From Planctomycetota bacterium (GTDB taxonomy: Bacteria > Planctomycetota > Planctomycetia > Gemmatales > Gemmataceae), in contig JAGWVO010000001.1 of assembly GCA_018970845.1 (NCBI GenBank), positions 1-47,514 of the forward strand: a DNA stretch of 47,514 nucleotides, read 5' to 3'. The notes under the pieces are model-generated. The model did not search any database. It had not been told where the DNA came from and saw only the letters and a program-made list of their open reading frames with translations. This document shows, piece after piece, positions 9,681-18,301 of the stretch. Position numbers and translations under genes: made by a program. Numbering within the stretch: the first letter of the stretch is position 1; the number at the start of each line of letters is the position of its first letter.

Positions 9681-10358
9681 TCACTCCTTTGGCAGCTTGG
9701 CGATCTCGGCGAGGTCGGCGGCGTTGAGAGGCCGCCAGGCGATGTCCTTCACCTCGCCCGTGGTGCGGTAAGTCGCGAAGCCGAGTGGACGCGACGCGAA
9801 GCACTCGATCCGGATGCCGATGCGACGGTCGGTGGTGACGACATTCACGACTTTCTTGGCATCAATCCAGGCCTCGAGGCGATCCTTGCTGACCCGGACG
9901 CGGAAATCATGCCACTTTTCGGCGACGAAATCGTAGTTGCCGTTGGTGTCGTTTTCCGAGGCGTCGATGCCATCGAGCGTGGAAAGCCCGATGGTCGTGC
10001 CGCCCCAGCCGCCGTTGACGAGCGAGCAGTGGGAATCGCCAACGGGGAATGTGAGGGTCGCGAAGAAGTCCCGCCCGTCCACCCGGCGCGCCTTGTAGCG
10101 GATCTCGTAATCCATCTTGGGAAGGTCCTTGCGGGTGCTGTTCACGCCGGTCATCGGTCCGGCCCGCTCCGATCCTTTTTCCATGCGGATCACGCCGTCC
10201 GCCACCTTCACGGCGCCAGCCTTGAAAAAGTCGGTGGCTGTCCAGCCTTCAAGGTTCTTGCCATTGAAAAGTGGCTTCCAGTCGGAGGCGGGTTCGGCGG
10301 CGAACGCGCCAACTGCGAGCAGCAAGGCGGGGAGCATGAGCGCATGGGCCCGGCGCAT
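9681..10358 (-). CDS. DUF1080 (3-keto-disaccharide hydrolase-like) exported protein
   Basis: Start set at the ATG at 10358 ('MRRAHALMLPALLLAVGAFAAEP', a signal peptide). 'WKPLFNGKNLEGWT' is the classic DUF1080 opening. The 501-aa ORF-track version is a high-GC 5' extension running through tadC in another frame. Confidence 0.8.
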   Translation of the reverse strand: MRRAHALMLPALLLAVGAFAAEPASDWKPLFNGKNLEGWTATDFFKAGAVKVADGVIRMEKGSERAGPMTGVNSTRKDLPKMDYEIRYKARRVDGRDFFATLTFPVGDSHCSLVNGGWGGTTIGLSTLDGIDASENDTNGNYDFVAEKWHDFRVRVSKDRLEAWIDAKKVVNVVTTDRRIGIRIECFASRPLGFATYRTTGEVKDIAWRPLNAADLAEIAKLPKE

Positions 10359-10389
10359 GGGGAGGTACCTCGGCGTTTCCTGAAACAGT

Positions 10390-10422
10390 GTCGGCCGCGA
10401 GTGTAGCACACGCGCGGCCGAC
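10390..10422 (-). terminator. Hairpin between tadC and the DUF1080 gene (candidate terminator of the Tad operon)
   Basis: Perfect 10-bp arms GTCGGCCGCG (10390-10399) and CGCGGCCGAC (10413-10422). On the minus strand it is followed by ACTGTTTC, so the U-tract is weak. Confidence 0.4.
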
Positions 10423-10447
10423 GCTGGAAGAACCCGACATCTCGGCG

Positions 10448-11455
10448 TCAGGGAGCCGGCGCGTTGGCGGCGGCCCTCTGCCTGCCGGCCGCGCCAACTG
10501 ACTGGATCTGCTTCTTCAGGTTGCCCGCGGTGGCGGCGCGCCCGCGGGTGAACTCGAGGTAGGTGGGACCCACCATCACGATCATGGCCGCCACCCACAG
10601 GCAGAACACCGAGGGAATGAGAAGCCAGAAACTGGCGCGGGAGGCGCGGGCCAGCGCCTGCTGCCGCAACTCGGCGCCGTGGGCCGTCGAGTAGTCCACC
10701 AGGTTGGCGGACACATCGCTGCCCAGCTTCAATCCCTGGTCGATGATCTGGCAGAGGTTGCGCACCACCGGAATCGGTTGGCGTTCGGCCCAGGCCTGTA
10801 GGGCCATCGACAGGCCGCCCATGCGCGCCTGAGCCGAGACAATGGCCAGGTCGCGGGCCACGGCTTGGTGGGTGGCGGCCAGTTCCCGGGAGGCGTGGTC
10901 GAGGCTGAAGGCCAGGGTTTGTCCCGCTGCGCCCCCCAGAGCCAGGAGTTCGAGCGCCAGGGGCATCTCCTTTTCCAAGCGAGTTGAATGGGTCTTGATG
11001 GCCCATCCGAGCCAGAGCCTCGGCAGGCTCATGAGCATGATCACCACGCCCATGCCGGCAAGAAGCCGGAAGGGTATGGCCTGCGGAGGGGAAACAGCCA
11101 GCCAGCCCATCATGCCGGCCATTCCGAGGAATGTCAGCAGGTTGCGCGCGGCGCGGAATTCCGTGGCGGCTTGCGGATGGTACCAACCGGCCCGCAGCAT
11201 CTCGGCGCGGAGCTCGGGGCGCGCCTTGAAGAACGGCTCCCCGGCGAAGTCGGAAGTCAGCGATCCCAGGAACATCCCGCGGGGCTTGATGTCCGGAAGC
11301 AAGTCGGCGAACGCGGGGTCGCGGACCGCGTCGAGGTCGATTTCCGGCCGGGTTCGGCGCCGGAGCACCAGCAGGATTGCGGGAAGTGCCACGGCAAGCC
11401 CGGCGAGGAACCAGAAGAGGGTCGAGGAAACGGAATCTTGGAATATCGGGGTCAT
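10448..11455 (-). CDS. tadC: Type II secretion system F-family protein, TadC-like
   Basis: 335 aa polytopic membrane protein with a T2SSF-like soluble segment ('...LEKEMPLALELLALGGAAGQTL...'). Last gene of the Tad string. Confidence 0.75.
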   Translation of the reverse strand: MTPIFQDSVSSTLFWFLAGLAVALPAILLVLRRRTRPEIDLDAVRDPAFADLLPDIKPRGMFLGSLTSDFAGEPFFKARPELRAEMLRAGWYHPQAATEFRAARNLLTFLGMAGMMGWLAVSPPQAIPFRLLAGMGVVIMLMSLPRLWLGWAIKTHSTRLEKEMPLALELLALGGAAGQTLAFSLDHASRELAATHQAVARDLAIVSAQARMGGLSMALQAWAERQPIPVVRNLCQIIDQGLKLGSDVSANLVDYSTAHGAELRQQALARASRASFWLLIPSVFCLWVAAMIVMVGPTYLEFTRGRAATAGNLKKQIQSVGAAGRQRAAANAPAP

Positions 11456-11469
11456 GTGTGTCTCCGATC

Positions 11470-12414
11470 TCAGTCTTCGTGCCTGAGGATCAGCGCGATC
11501 CAGACCAGACCGATCACTTCAAGGGCGATCGCCACGCCGAGCGCCGACTGACCGGCGGAGCTTTCGACGAACCTGGCGAACGACTCGGGCTGGGAAGACC
11601 TGTTGAGCAGCAGCAGGATGGGGCCTCCCAACGCCAGGAACACCGCGGAGGTGCGGCCGAGCGCGGTGCTGGCGCGGAACTGCCCTCGCGCCAGGTGCCG
11701 TTCCCTCGCGCTGGTGGCCAACCGGACGAGAAGCGCGGACACATCGCCACCGACTCGGCGGTGCAGGGCCAGTCCGGCGGCCAGGAGATCGAAGTCGGGA
11801 ACACGCACTTTCAGCGCGCTCAGCCTCAGGGCCTGTTCCATCGGCACTCCGAGGCTCATGCGGCGGGCCACGAGTCCGAATTCCCGCGAAAGCGCCGAGG
11901 GCGCCTGCGCGCCCAGAACGCCGATGGTCTGGTCGAGGTTGAGGCCGGCGCGGACGGATCGCGCGGCCAGGTGCAGCGCGTCGGGCAATTCACGCCGGAT
12001 CGACTCGCGCCATCTCGACTGCAGCGCCGCCAGGGACACCAGCGCCGCGATGATCCCGACGAAGAATCCCACCGGCGAATAGATCCAGTCCTCCTGGACC
12101 AGCGTCGCCACCAGCGCTAAGCCCAGTCCCGAGAGCAGCATCAAGCCGATCGCCGCGGGCGATGTGATCTCCAGGCCGGTTCGTTCGACGAGGCGGTCGA
12201 ACGACTGGTTCACCTGCTGGCCGATGTCGGGTTCGCGGCGGTCGCGGGCCATCTGTTCGATGGCTTGGGGAGTGAGGGGCTGTTCGGGTCCGGCGCGCAG
12301 GGAATTCCATACCCAGGCGCCCAGGAGGCTCACGGGAAGGGCCAGCATCAGTCCGAGGCCCGCGGCCAAGAAGGCCGGGTCGATCCCCGGCAAGGCCAGG
12401 AAATCAGGCAGCAT
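11470..12414 (-). CDS. tadB: Type II secretion system F-family protein, TadB-like
   Basis: Start set at the ATG at 12414 ('MLPDFLALPGID...'), which overlaps the cpaF stop by 11 nt. T2SSF-like segment 'ELPDALHLAARSVRAGLNLDQTI'. The upstream part of the track ORF (to 12663) lies inside cpaF. Confidence 0.75.
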   Translation of the reverse strand: MLPDFLALPGIDPAFLAAGLGLMLALPVSLLGAWVWNSLRAGPEQPLTPQAIEQMARDRREPDIGQQVNQSFDRLVERTGLEITSPAAIGLMLLSGLGLALVATLVQEDWIYSPVGFFVGIIAALVSLAALQSRWRESIRRELPDALHLAARSVRAGLNLDQTIGVLGAQAPSALSREFGLVARRMSLGVPMEQALRLSALKVRVPDFDLLAAGLALHRRVGGDVSALLVRLATSARERHLARGQFRASTALGRTSAVFLALGGPILLLLNRSSQPESFARFVESSAGQSALGVAIALEVIGLVWIALILRHED

Positions 12415-13741
12415 GGCGGGCACCCTCCGCGCCGGAAGCCTCGATCCAGCGGGCGGCGAACCGCTCGCGCGCCAGTTCGATGCCGCTGGCACCCAGCTTT
12501 TCAAGGCTTTCGGGCACCTCGCCGGTCGCCCTGAAGCGGCCGATGGCCCTGCCGTCGCGCACGGCCTCCTGGCGGAACTCGAACACCGGTTCCAGGCGGT
12601 AGTCACCCTGGGAGTCGATTCCACGGAGTTCGCAGATCCGGAGAACCCGGCGCGATCCGCCATGCAGGCGGGCCATGTGCACCACCACCCGCACCGCCGC
12701 GGTGATGTAGGAACGGACCGACTTGATCGGCAGGTCGATCCCGGCCATCAGGACCATCATCTCGAGGCGCATGAGGGCCTCGCGCGCGTCGTTCGCGTGG
12801 ACCGTCGCGAGGGAACCCTCGTGGCCGGTGTTCATCGCCTGGAGCAGGTCGAACGCCTCGGCGCCCCTGGCCTCGCCGAGCAGGATGCGGTCGGGTCGCA
12901 TGCGGAGGCTGTTTCGCACAAGCTCGCGCGGCGAGACCTCGCCCTTGCCGTCGGGGCCGGGTTGGCGGGTTTCCAGCCTCACCACATGCGGGTGTTCAAG
13001 CCGGAGTTCCGCCGAGTCCTCGATGGTGACGACGCGTTCGCCATGGGGAATCGACGCCGAAAGCGCGTTCAGCAGGGTTGTTTTCCCGGCGCCCGTGCCG
13101 CCGGAAATCAGGATGCTGAGCCTGCCCTTGACGCAGGCGGAAAGAAATTCGAGCGCCTCGTTCGGAAGGGTGCCGTTGGCCAGGAGTCCCTCCCCGTTCA
13201 GCCGCCTTCCGAACCGCCGGACCGACAGAACCGGGCCCTGCAGGCTGAGCGGGGGAAGCAAGGCATGCACGCGCGATCCATCCGGCAGGCGGGCGTCCAC
13301 CGTGGGGCTCGCCTCGTCGACGCGCCGGCCGATGGGCGCCAGGATCCTCTGGATGGTCGCGAGCAGATGGGCATCGTCACGGAAGGTGAGGCCCGTGCGG
13401 CTCAAGACTCCCTGCCGGTCCACCCAGATTTCCGAGGCGCCGTTCACGAGGATGTCGTTCACATCCGGGTCGGTCATGAAGTCGTCGAGCGGCCCGAGGC
13501 CGAAGGTTTCGGAGACCACGCGGTCGGCGAGGAGGTCCCGCGTGGCATCATCGAGGCGGGTTCCCGTTGTTCCCGCGAGATGGCGCGCCAGGCGCCTCAC
13601 CTCCTCGCGCAGGCGGTCCCTGTCCCAGCGCGCCAGCATTCCCAGGTCGAGGGCGCGCAAAACTTCCTGGTGCAGCCTGCCCGTGGCGTCAACCGAGGTG
13701 GCCTTGACCATGGATGAATCTCCCTTGGCGATGGTTTTCAT
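12404..13741 (-). CDS. cpaF: CpaF/TadA-family pilus assembly ATPase
   Basis: Walker A 'GGTGAGKTTLLNAL'. 'VTIEDSAELRL', 'DRILLGEARGAEA' and 'MNTGHEGSLATVHAN' are typical of VirB11/CpaF secretion ATPases. Start at the ATG at 13741, 2 nt after the tadG stop. Confidence 0.9.
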   Translation of the reverse strand: MKTIAKGDSSMVKATSVDATGRLHQEVLRALDLGMLARWDRDRLREEVRRLARHLAGTTGTRLDDATRDLLADRVVSETFGLGPLDDFMTDPDVNDILVNGASEIWVDRQGVLSRTGLTFRDDAHLLATIQRILAPIGRRVDEASPTVDARLPDGSRVHALLPPLSLQGPVLSVRRFGRRLNGEGLLANGTLPNEALEFLSACVKGRLSILISGGTGAGKTTLLNALSASIPHGERVVTIEDSAELRLEHPHVVRLETRQPGPDGKGEVSPRELVRNSLRMRPDRILLGEARGAEAFDLLQAMNTGHEGSLATVHANDAREALMRLEMMVLMAGIDLPIKSVRSYITAAVRVVVHMARLHGGSRRVLRICELRGIDSQGDYRLEPVFEFRQEAVRDGRAIGRFRATGEVPESLEKLGASGIELARERFAARWIEASGAEGARHAA

Positions 13742-13743
13742 GC

Positions 13744-14889
13744 TTATTCCACCAGCCTCACCTTGCCGACCGTGGGCGTGGGCACCAGTCCCCCGTTCAC
13801 CCCGGCCCTGGTCGCGTCGGTGAGCGCCGATCCCTGCACCATGAGGGTGGGCTGAAGGACGAAAATGAACGAGTCGTCGTTGACGGGCACGGTGCGGACA
13901 ACGCGCGCCGCAACCCAACCCTTGACAACGATGTCGCCCACGCCCGCCGAATCCAAAACGGCGAACGCGATCTGGCGTCCATCCGCGACCTCGTCGAAAG
14001 CCGTGCGAAGCCTGAGGAGGTTTTCCCTCGTCATCGGGTAGGCGGCGGGAAGCTGGAGGCGGTTCTGGCTGTCCAGGCGCAATTCGCCGCCGAGTGATTT
14101 CAAGTCGGTGGCAAGGGTGCCGGTTCGCAGGACATCGGCGGGGTTCCTGAGTCCTGTCTGGTAGGCAGCGGCCTGTCCCGCGGCGGGGGCCACGCTGATC
14201 GTGAACGACACCTCGGGTAGCCCGTCGCTTCCCGAAACAAAGGTTCCCCGCGAAGGAAGAAACCGAAGGGAGTCGGTGGTGGCGCCTTGGAACGGATCGC
14301 TTCCCGTCGCCGGCAGGGCGATTGGCCCGACGGGTATCGGATTGGATCCCAGCGGCCGGAATCCGATCACCTGGTTGTCGAGGTAGGCCGTGGACGCCAC
14401 CACGACTCCGGCGTAGGGAAGGATGCCAGTTCCCCCGAGGATGGTCACCACAGGGCCCCTGCCGTCGGCAACATGCTCAAGCAGCACGCGCGCGGAATTG
14501 GTTGCTGCCGATTCCTCCGGCGTGATCATCTTTCCGGGGATGTCGAGCACCCCGAGCACCAACTCTCCGGGAACCAGGTTTCCATAGTTGGCATCAAGCG
14601 GCGTCGGCTGGCCCAGGGAAGGATTCCAGGCCGCGTATTCCACACCGACATCACGGGACTTCATGAAGTTTTCCGAGAGGCCCGGTTCGGTCCCGGCCAG
14701 GAGGGCGTCGTTGGAGAACGCCTGCACGGTGGCCAGCGAGGCGGCATCGGCGGCGTTCTGGATTTGCACGCGCATCAACCATACCCAGCAGTAGTTCACC
14801 AGCGCCAAAAACACCACGCTCAGGAACATCAGCCCCACGAGGCCGAGGAGGGCGATGCTGCCGCGCCGTTTGCCTCCCCGAACCTTCAT
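13744..14889 (-). CDS. TadG-like (TadE/G N-terminal domain) putative pilus-associated protein
   Basis: N-terminus 'GSIALLGLVGLMFLSVVFLALVNYCWVWLMRVQIQNAADAASLA' matches the TadG-like hydrophobic segment plus the 'LQxAADAAAL' motif. The rest has no motif I recognise. Confidence 0.6.
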   Translation of the reverse strand: MKVRGGKRRGSIALLGLVGLMFLSVVFLALVNYCWVWLMRVQIQNAADAASLATVQAFSNDALLAGTEPGLSENFMKSRDVGVEYAAWNPSLGQPTPLDANYGNLVPGELVLGVLDIPGKMITPEESAATNSARVLLEHVADGRGPVVTILGGTGILPYAGVVVASTAYLDNQVIGFRPLGSNPIPVGPIALPATGSDPFQGATTDSLRFLPSRGTFVSGSDGLPEVSFTISVAPAAGQAAAYQTGLRNPADVLRTGTLATDLKSLGGELRLDSQNRLQLPAAYPMTRENLLRLRTAFDEVADGRQIAFAVLDSAGVGDIVVKGWVAARVVRTVPVNDDSFIFVLQPTLMVQGSALTDATRAGVNGGLVPTPTVGKVRLVE

Positions 14890-14932
14890 CTCTGGTATTC
14901 CTTTCGACCTGGTTGACTGCTTGCGCGTCCGC

Positions 14933-15994
14933 TTAGCGCTTCGACTTGCCTGGCGCGGAAGCGTCGGGCGACCGGAAACGGAAGTCGGCTCCAGAACCCA
15001 GTCCGGCGCTCACGCCCTTGCTGGGAACCTCGCGAGCCGAGGAGACGGCTTGGAACAACGCCGGCTTCACCGAGGTGGTGCCGTTGATCTGCTGGATCGT
15101 CAGGCCCGGATCCTTTTCAACCGGAATCGGCTTCAGCGCGAAGATGCGGGCGAGGTCGTCCTGGCCAACCGGCGATTCGCCGGCGACCACCTTCGAGACC
15201 CTGCGGTCCTCGTCGGCATCCTCACCTCCATCCTTCGTCAGCGACACCAGCCGACCCGTCGCTCCCTGGTCGACCATTTCCTTGCGCCTAGTCTCAAGGC
15301 GGGACTGCTCCATCGAGGAAACGGGCACCAGCGACAGCGCGCCCTTGGTTTTCGCGAACTCCATCAGCGAAGCGCGGTAGGGGTTCAGCTCAAGGGTGAA
15401 CTGGACATCCTCCTCGTTGATCGGCTGGAACACGGGCCAAAGCTGGTTGCGCTTGGCCAGCACCCTGACCCTCGGGCAGATCACGGCGGTTTGCGTTGAC
15501 ACCGGGCTGCCCTCGCCATGGTCGATCACCGAGGTGAGGAGCACATCGACCCACTCCCCCACCTGGATGAGCCCGCCGGCGCAACGGTCCTTGGCCACCG
15601 CGACGCTCACCGCGCGGGCGTTGGGAAGCAGTCGCTTGCTCAGGGCGTCGGGCTTGGCGAACTCCTGGAGGTGATCCTTGAGGATCGGCTCATCGGCTCG
15701 CATGTTGGCCAGGGCCACGCGCAGGTAAACCGCCTCGGCGACGGGAGGCAGCAGCAGATCCTTCTGCTTGCCAAGCGTCGCCTCCTCGTCGGGACGCATC
15801 GGCCGCACCTTCACCCAGTTGGGCTGGATGAGGTCGCCGGCGAAGATGTTGCGCCCGGCCACCAGCACCTGGGGAGGCGCCGCCTTCACCTCGGGAGCCT
15901 GGGCCGGCTTGTGGTTCACCACGCGGTTCACCACCGCGGCGGCGAGGCCGACCAGCAGTGCCAGGCAGAGGGCGAATATCGTACTGGCTCTCAT
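14933..15994 (-). CDS. cpaB: CpaB/RcpC-family Flp pilus assembly protein
   Basis: N-terminal TM anchor, then a SAF-like segment 'VLVAGRNIFAGDLIQPNWVKV' and 'ARAVSVAV...GGLIQVGEWVDVL'. Its position in the Tad string supports the call. Confidence 0.75.
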   Translation of the reverse strand: MRASTIFALCLALLVGLAAAVVNRVVNHKPAQAPEVKAAPPQVLVAGRNIFAGDLIQPNWVKVRPMRPDEEATLGKQKDLLLPPVAEAVYLRVALANMRADEPILKDHLQEFAKPDALSKRLLPNARAVSVAVAKDRCAGGLIQVGEWVDVLLTSVIDHGEGSPVSTQTAVICPRVRVLAKRNQLWPVFQPINEEDVQFTLELNPYRASLMEFAKTKGALSLVPVSSMEQSRLETRRKEMVDQGATGRLVSLTKDGGEDADEDRRVSKVVAGESPVGQDDLARIFALKPIPVEKDPGLTIQQINGTTSVKPALFQAVSSAREVPSKGVSAGLGSGADFRFRSPDASAPGKSKR

Positions 15995-15998
15995 CTTC

Positions 15999-16418
15999 TC
16001 ACTCCTTGCGCATGGTGGTGCGCGCCACCAACTGGTTCTCGCCGAAAGCGAAGCCGATCATGGCCCCGAACTGGGGCATCACCCGGGCCGCGGGGATGCT
16101 GATCACCACGGATACGGGTTGTCCGGGAAGAGCGGGGAAACCGTCCTCTCCGGTGATGAAGACCTGGATTTCCGACTGCGAGACGGTTCCTCCGCCCAGA
16201 AAGAGCTTGGTCGCCGCTTCGACTTCCTCGGATGTGCCTCCAAGGGCCGCCACGCGGGCGCCTTCCCGGCTCGCCGTCAGCATCTGCTGCCAGGCCATTT
16301 CGAGGCCGGCCACCGAGCACAGGGCCAGGAAGAAGCAGCCGACAATCGGCAGCACGATCAGCGCTTCTAGCGCCAGAAAGCCTTTTCGGTTGTCGCGAAC
16401 GACCGGCTTAGCGCGCAT
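15999..16418 (-). CDS. TadE-like pseudopilin/minor pilin
   Basis: 139 aa. 'RKGFLALEALIVLPIVGCFFLALCSVAGLEM' matches the TadE-type N-terminal processing/TM segment. Confidence 0.65.
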   Translation of the reverse strand: MRAKPVVRDNRKGFLALEALIVLPIVGCFFLALCSVAGLEMAWQQMLTASREGARVAALGGTSEEVEAATKLFLGGGTVSQSEIQVFITGEDGFPALPGQPVSVVISIPAARVMPQFGAMIGFAFGENQLVARTTMRKE

Positions 16419-17001
16419 GCGTCACCCCCGTCATGGCAACGGATACGCTCGCCGCGGCCAATCGCTGGTCCCGGGCGTGAACCCAGCAGGCCAGTAGCAG
16501 AAATGCCACAAGGAACGGGGGGGCGAAGCCCATGGGCGAAGACAAGAATGATGATCCCTTGGCCTTGGCAAGCCATGCGGCCAGGCTCCATGCCACCACC
16601 ACCGCCAGGGTGGCCAGCAGCAGCATGATCGACAGCGTGGGGCCCAGAACGGCGGCGACCGCCGCGAACAGCTTCACATCGCCTCCGCCGCTGGCCTTGA
16701 GCAACCAAAGGGGGAGGAACAGCCCCAGCCCCGTGAACAGGCCGGCGAATGCGAGAAGGATGCCGTCAAGGCCACCCATGAGTGGACTTCCGGCGCCCAG
16801 CAGCCAGACCGACTGGCCAGAACTGGCCAGCGAGGCGCCCCGGAGCACATGAAAGGGCAAAGCCAATCCAAGAATGGAAAAAGGAATAATCTTGGGAATC
16901 GTCATGGAACGGCTGTCGTGGTACGCGGCCCACGCCAGGCAAAGGGATGTGCCGCCAAGGGCCATCCCCTCCAATACGGGATTGGGCGCGAACACGGGCA
17001 T
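16408..17001 (-). CDS. cpaA: A24-family prepilin peptidase (CpaA/TadV-like)
   Basis: 197 aa polytopic protein with two candidate catalytic Asp contexts, 'AYHDSRSMTIP' and 'GGGDVKLFAA'. GGAGG lies upstream of the ATG. Its stop overlaps the tadE start by 11 nt. Confidence 0.7.
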   Translation of the reverse strand: MPVFAPNPVLEGMALGGTSLCLAWAAYHDSRSMTIPKIIPFSILGLALPFHVLRGASLASSGQSVWLLGAGSPLMGGLDGILLAFAGLFTGLGLFLPLWLLKASGGGDVKLFAAVAAVLGPTLSIMLLLATLAVVVAWSLAAWLAKAKGSSFLSSPMGFAPPFLVAFLLLACWVHARDQRLAAASVSVAMTGVTHAR

Positions 17002-17214
17002 GGGGGGCCTCCTGCCACCACCTTGCGTTGGGTTCCCTTATCTCCTTCGGGCGAATCGATGGTGGGTTGGATGTTTGCTTTCGGATATCAGGGCGCCGGG
17101 CTGTTCTGAGGGGCTTGCATTGGGAAATAAGGCCCCATTTTGCCCATCTTGTTCTTGGTTGAGGGTTACTGAATTTTGCCTAAGATTAATTGAACTTTCT
17201 GAAAGGACATCACC

Positions 17215-18246
17215 ATGCTGCTGGTCGGACTCCTGACGGTTGTCATCGCACAGGCTCCCCAGGATTGGGAAGCCAAGGAAAAAACCTACCTCCGAAACAT
17301 CAGGCAGCTCACCCAGGACTTTGTGAGGGCGGGTGAGGGATATTTTTCACCCGATGGCCGCTCGATCATTTTCCAGGCGGAGGAAAAAACCACGGGCAAC
17401 CCGTTTTACCAGATCTTCACCATGGACCTCGCCACGGGCCGGTTGCGTCGTGTGAGCCCGGGAATCGGCAAGACAACCTGCCCGTTTTTCCATCCCGACG
17501 GCAAGAAAGTCATCTTTGCCTCATCCCATCTCGATCAGGATGCCAAGGCCAAGTACAAGCCCGAGTATGATGCCCGCGACGAGGAACGGAAACAGGGCAT
17601 CCGCCGCCGCTACCGCTGGGACTTCGACCCGTCGATGGACATCTTCGAGTCGGCCCCCGACGGAACCATGCTCAAGCGCCTGACCGATTCACCTGGCTAT
17701 GACGCCGAGGGAAGCTACTCGCCCGATGGGAAACAGATTGTTTTCTGCTCCGCCCGCACCGGGAAGGACAATCTTGAACTGTTCATCATGAACGCCGACG
17801 GAACGGGCGCCAGGCAGTTGACCAAGGCACCCAATTGCTACAACGGAGGCCCGTTCTTCTCGCCCGATGGAAAGCGCGTGATCTTCCGCAGCGACCGCAA
17901 GGCCAAGGACCAGTTGCAGCTTTATGTCATCAACACCGACGGAACCGGAGAGCGGGCGCTCACCGACGACACCGCCTGGGTGCAATGGGGCCCCTACTGG
18001 CACCCCGACAATCGGCACATCATTTACGCCGCCGCCGACCATTCCACAGGCGGCCGGCCGAACTACGACCTCTACTGGATGGATGTGGAATCCGGCGCCA
18101 AGGAGAGGATCACCCATGCCCCCGGGGCGGATGTGCTTCCGGTTTTCAGTCCCGATGCCAAACAACTCATGTGGACCAGCAACCGCGACGGGCGCCAACC
18201 CTCGCAACTCTGGATCGCCGACTTCACCAAGCCTGCCAAGCCCTGA
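17215..18246 (+). CDS. TolB-like PD40 beta-propeller repeat protein
   Basis: Repeated 'SPDG(K/R)xI(I/V)F.S.R' PD40 motifs (at least five copies). GAAAGGA RBS 8 nt upstream. An in-frame TGA immediately upstream fixes the start. Confidence 0.75.
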   Translation: MLLVGLLTVVIAQAPQDWEAKEKTYLRNIRQLTQDFVRAGEGYFSPDGRSIIFQAEEKTTGNPFYQIFTMDLATGRLRRVSPGIGKTTCPFFHPDGKKVIFASSHLDQDAKAKYKPEYDARDEERKQGIRRRYRWDFDPSMDIFESAPDGTMLKRLTDSPGYDAEGSYSPDGKQIVFCSARTGKDNLELFIMNADGTGARQLTKAPNCYNGGPFFSPDGKRVIFRSDRKAKDQLQLYVINTDGTGERALTDDTAWVQWGPYWHPDNRHIIYAAADHSTGGRPNYDLYWMDVESGAKERITHAPGADVLPVFSPDAKQLMWTSNRDGRQPSQLWIADFTKPAKP

Positions 18247-18301
18247 GCGGAACGCGCCGGCCCCCTCGGTTCGCTCATTCCTTCGGCCCAAGGGGCCGCC
18301 A

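Noticed and set aside
9681-11186. ORF-track 5' extensions that make genes appear much longer: 9681-11186, 11470-12663, 12404-13918, 5940-8414, 33150-34244, 37906-39738, 36346-37905, 21165-21677, 21489-22529 and 26658-27137.
   Set aside because: The extended parts overlap the neighbouring gene or the tRNA and translate to Pro/Arg/Ser-rich sequence. Internal starts give proper signal peptides, RBSs or coupling overlaps, so the shorter coordinates were used.
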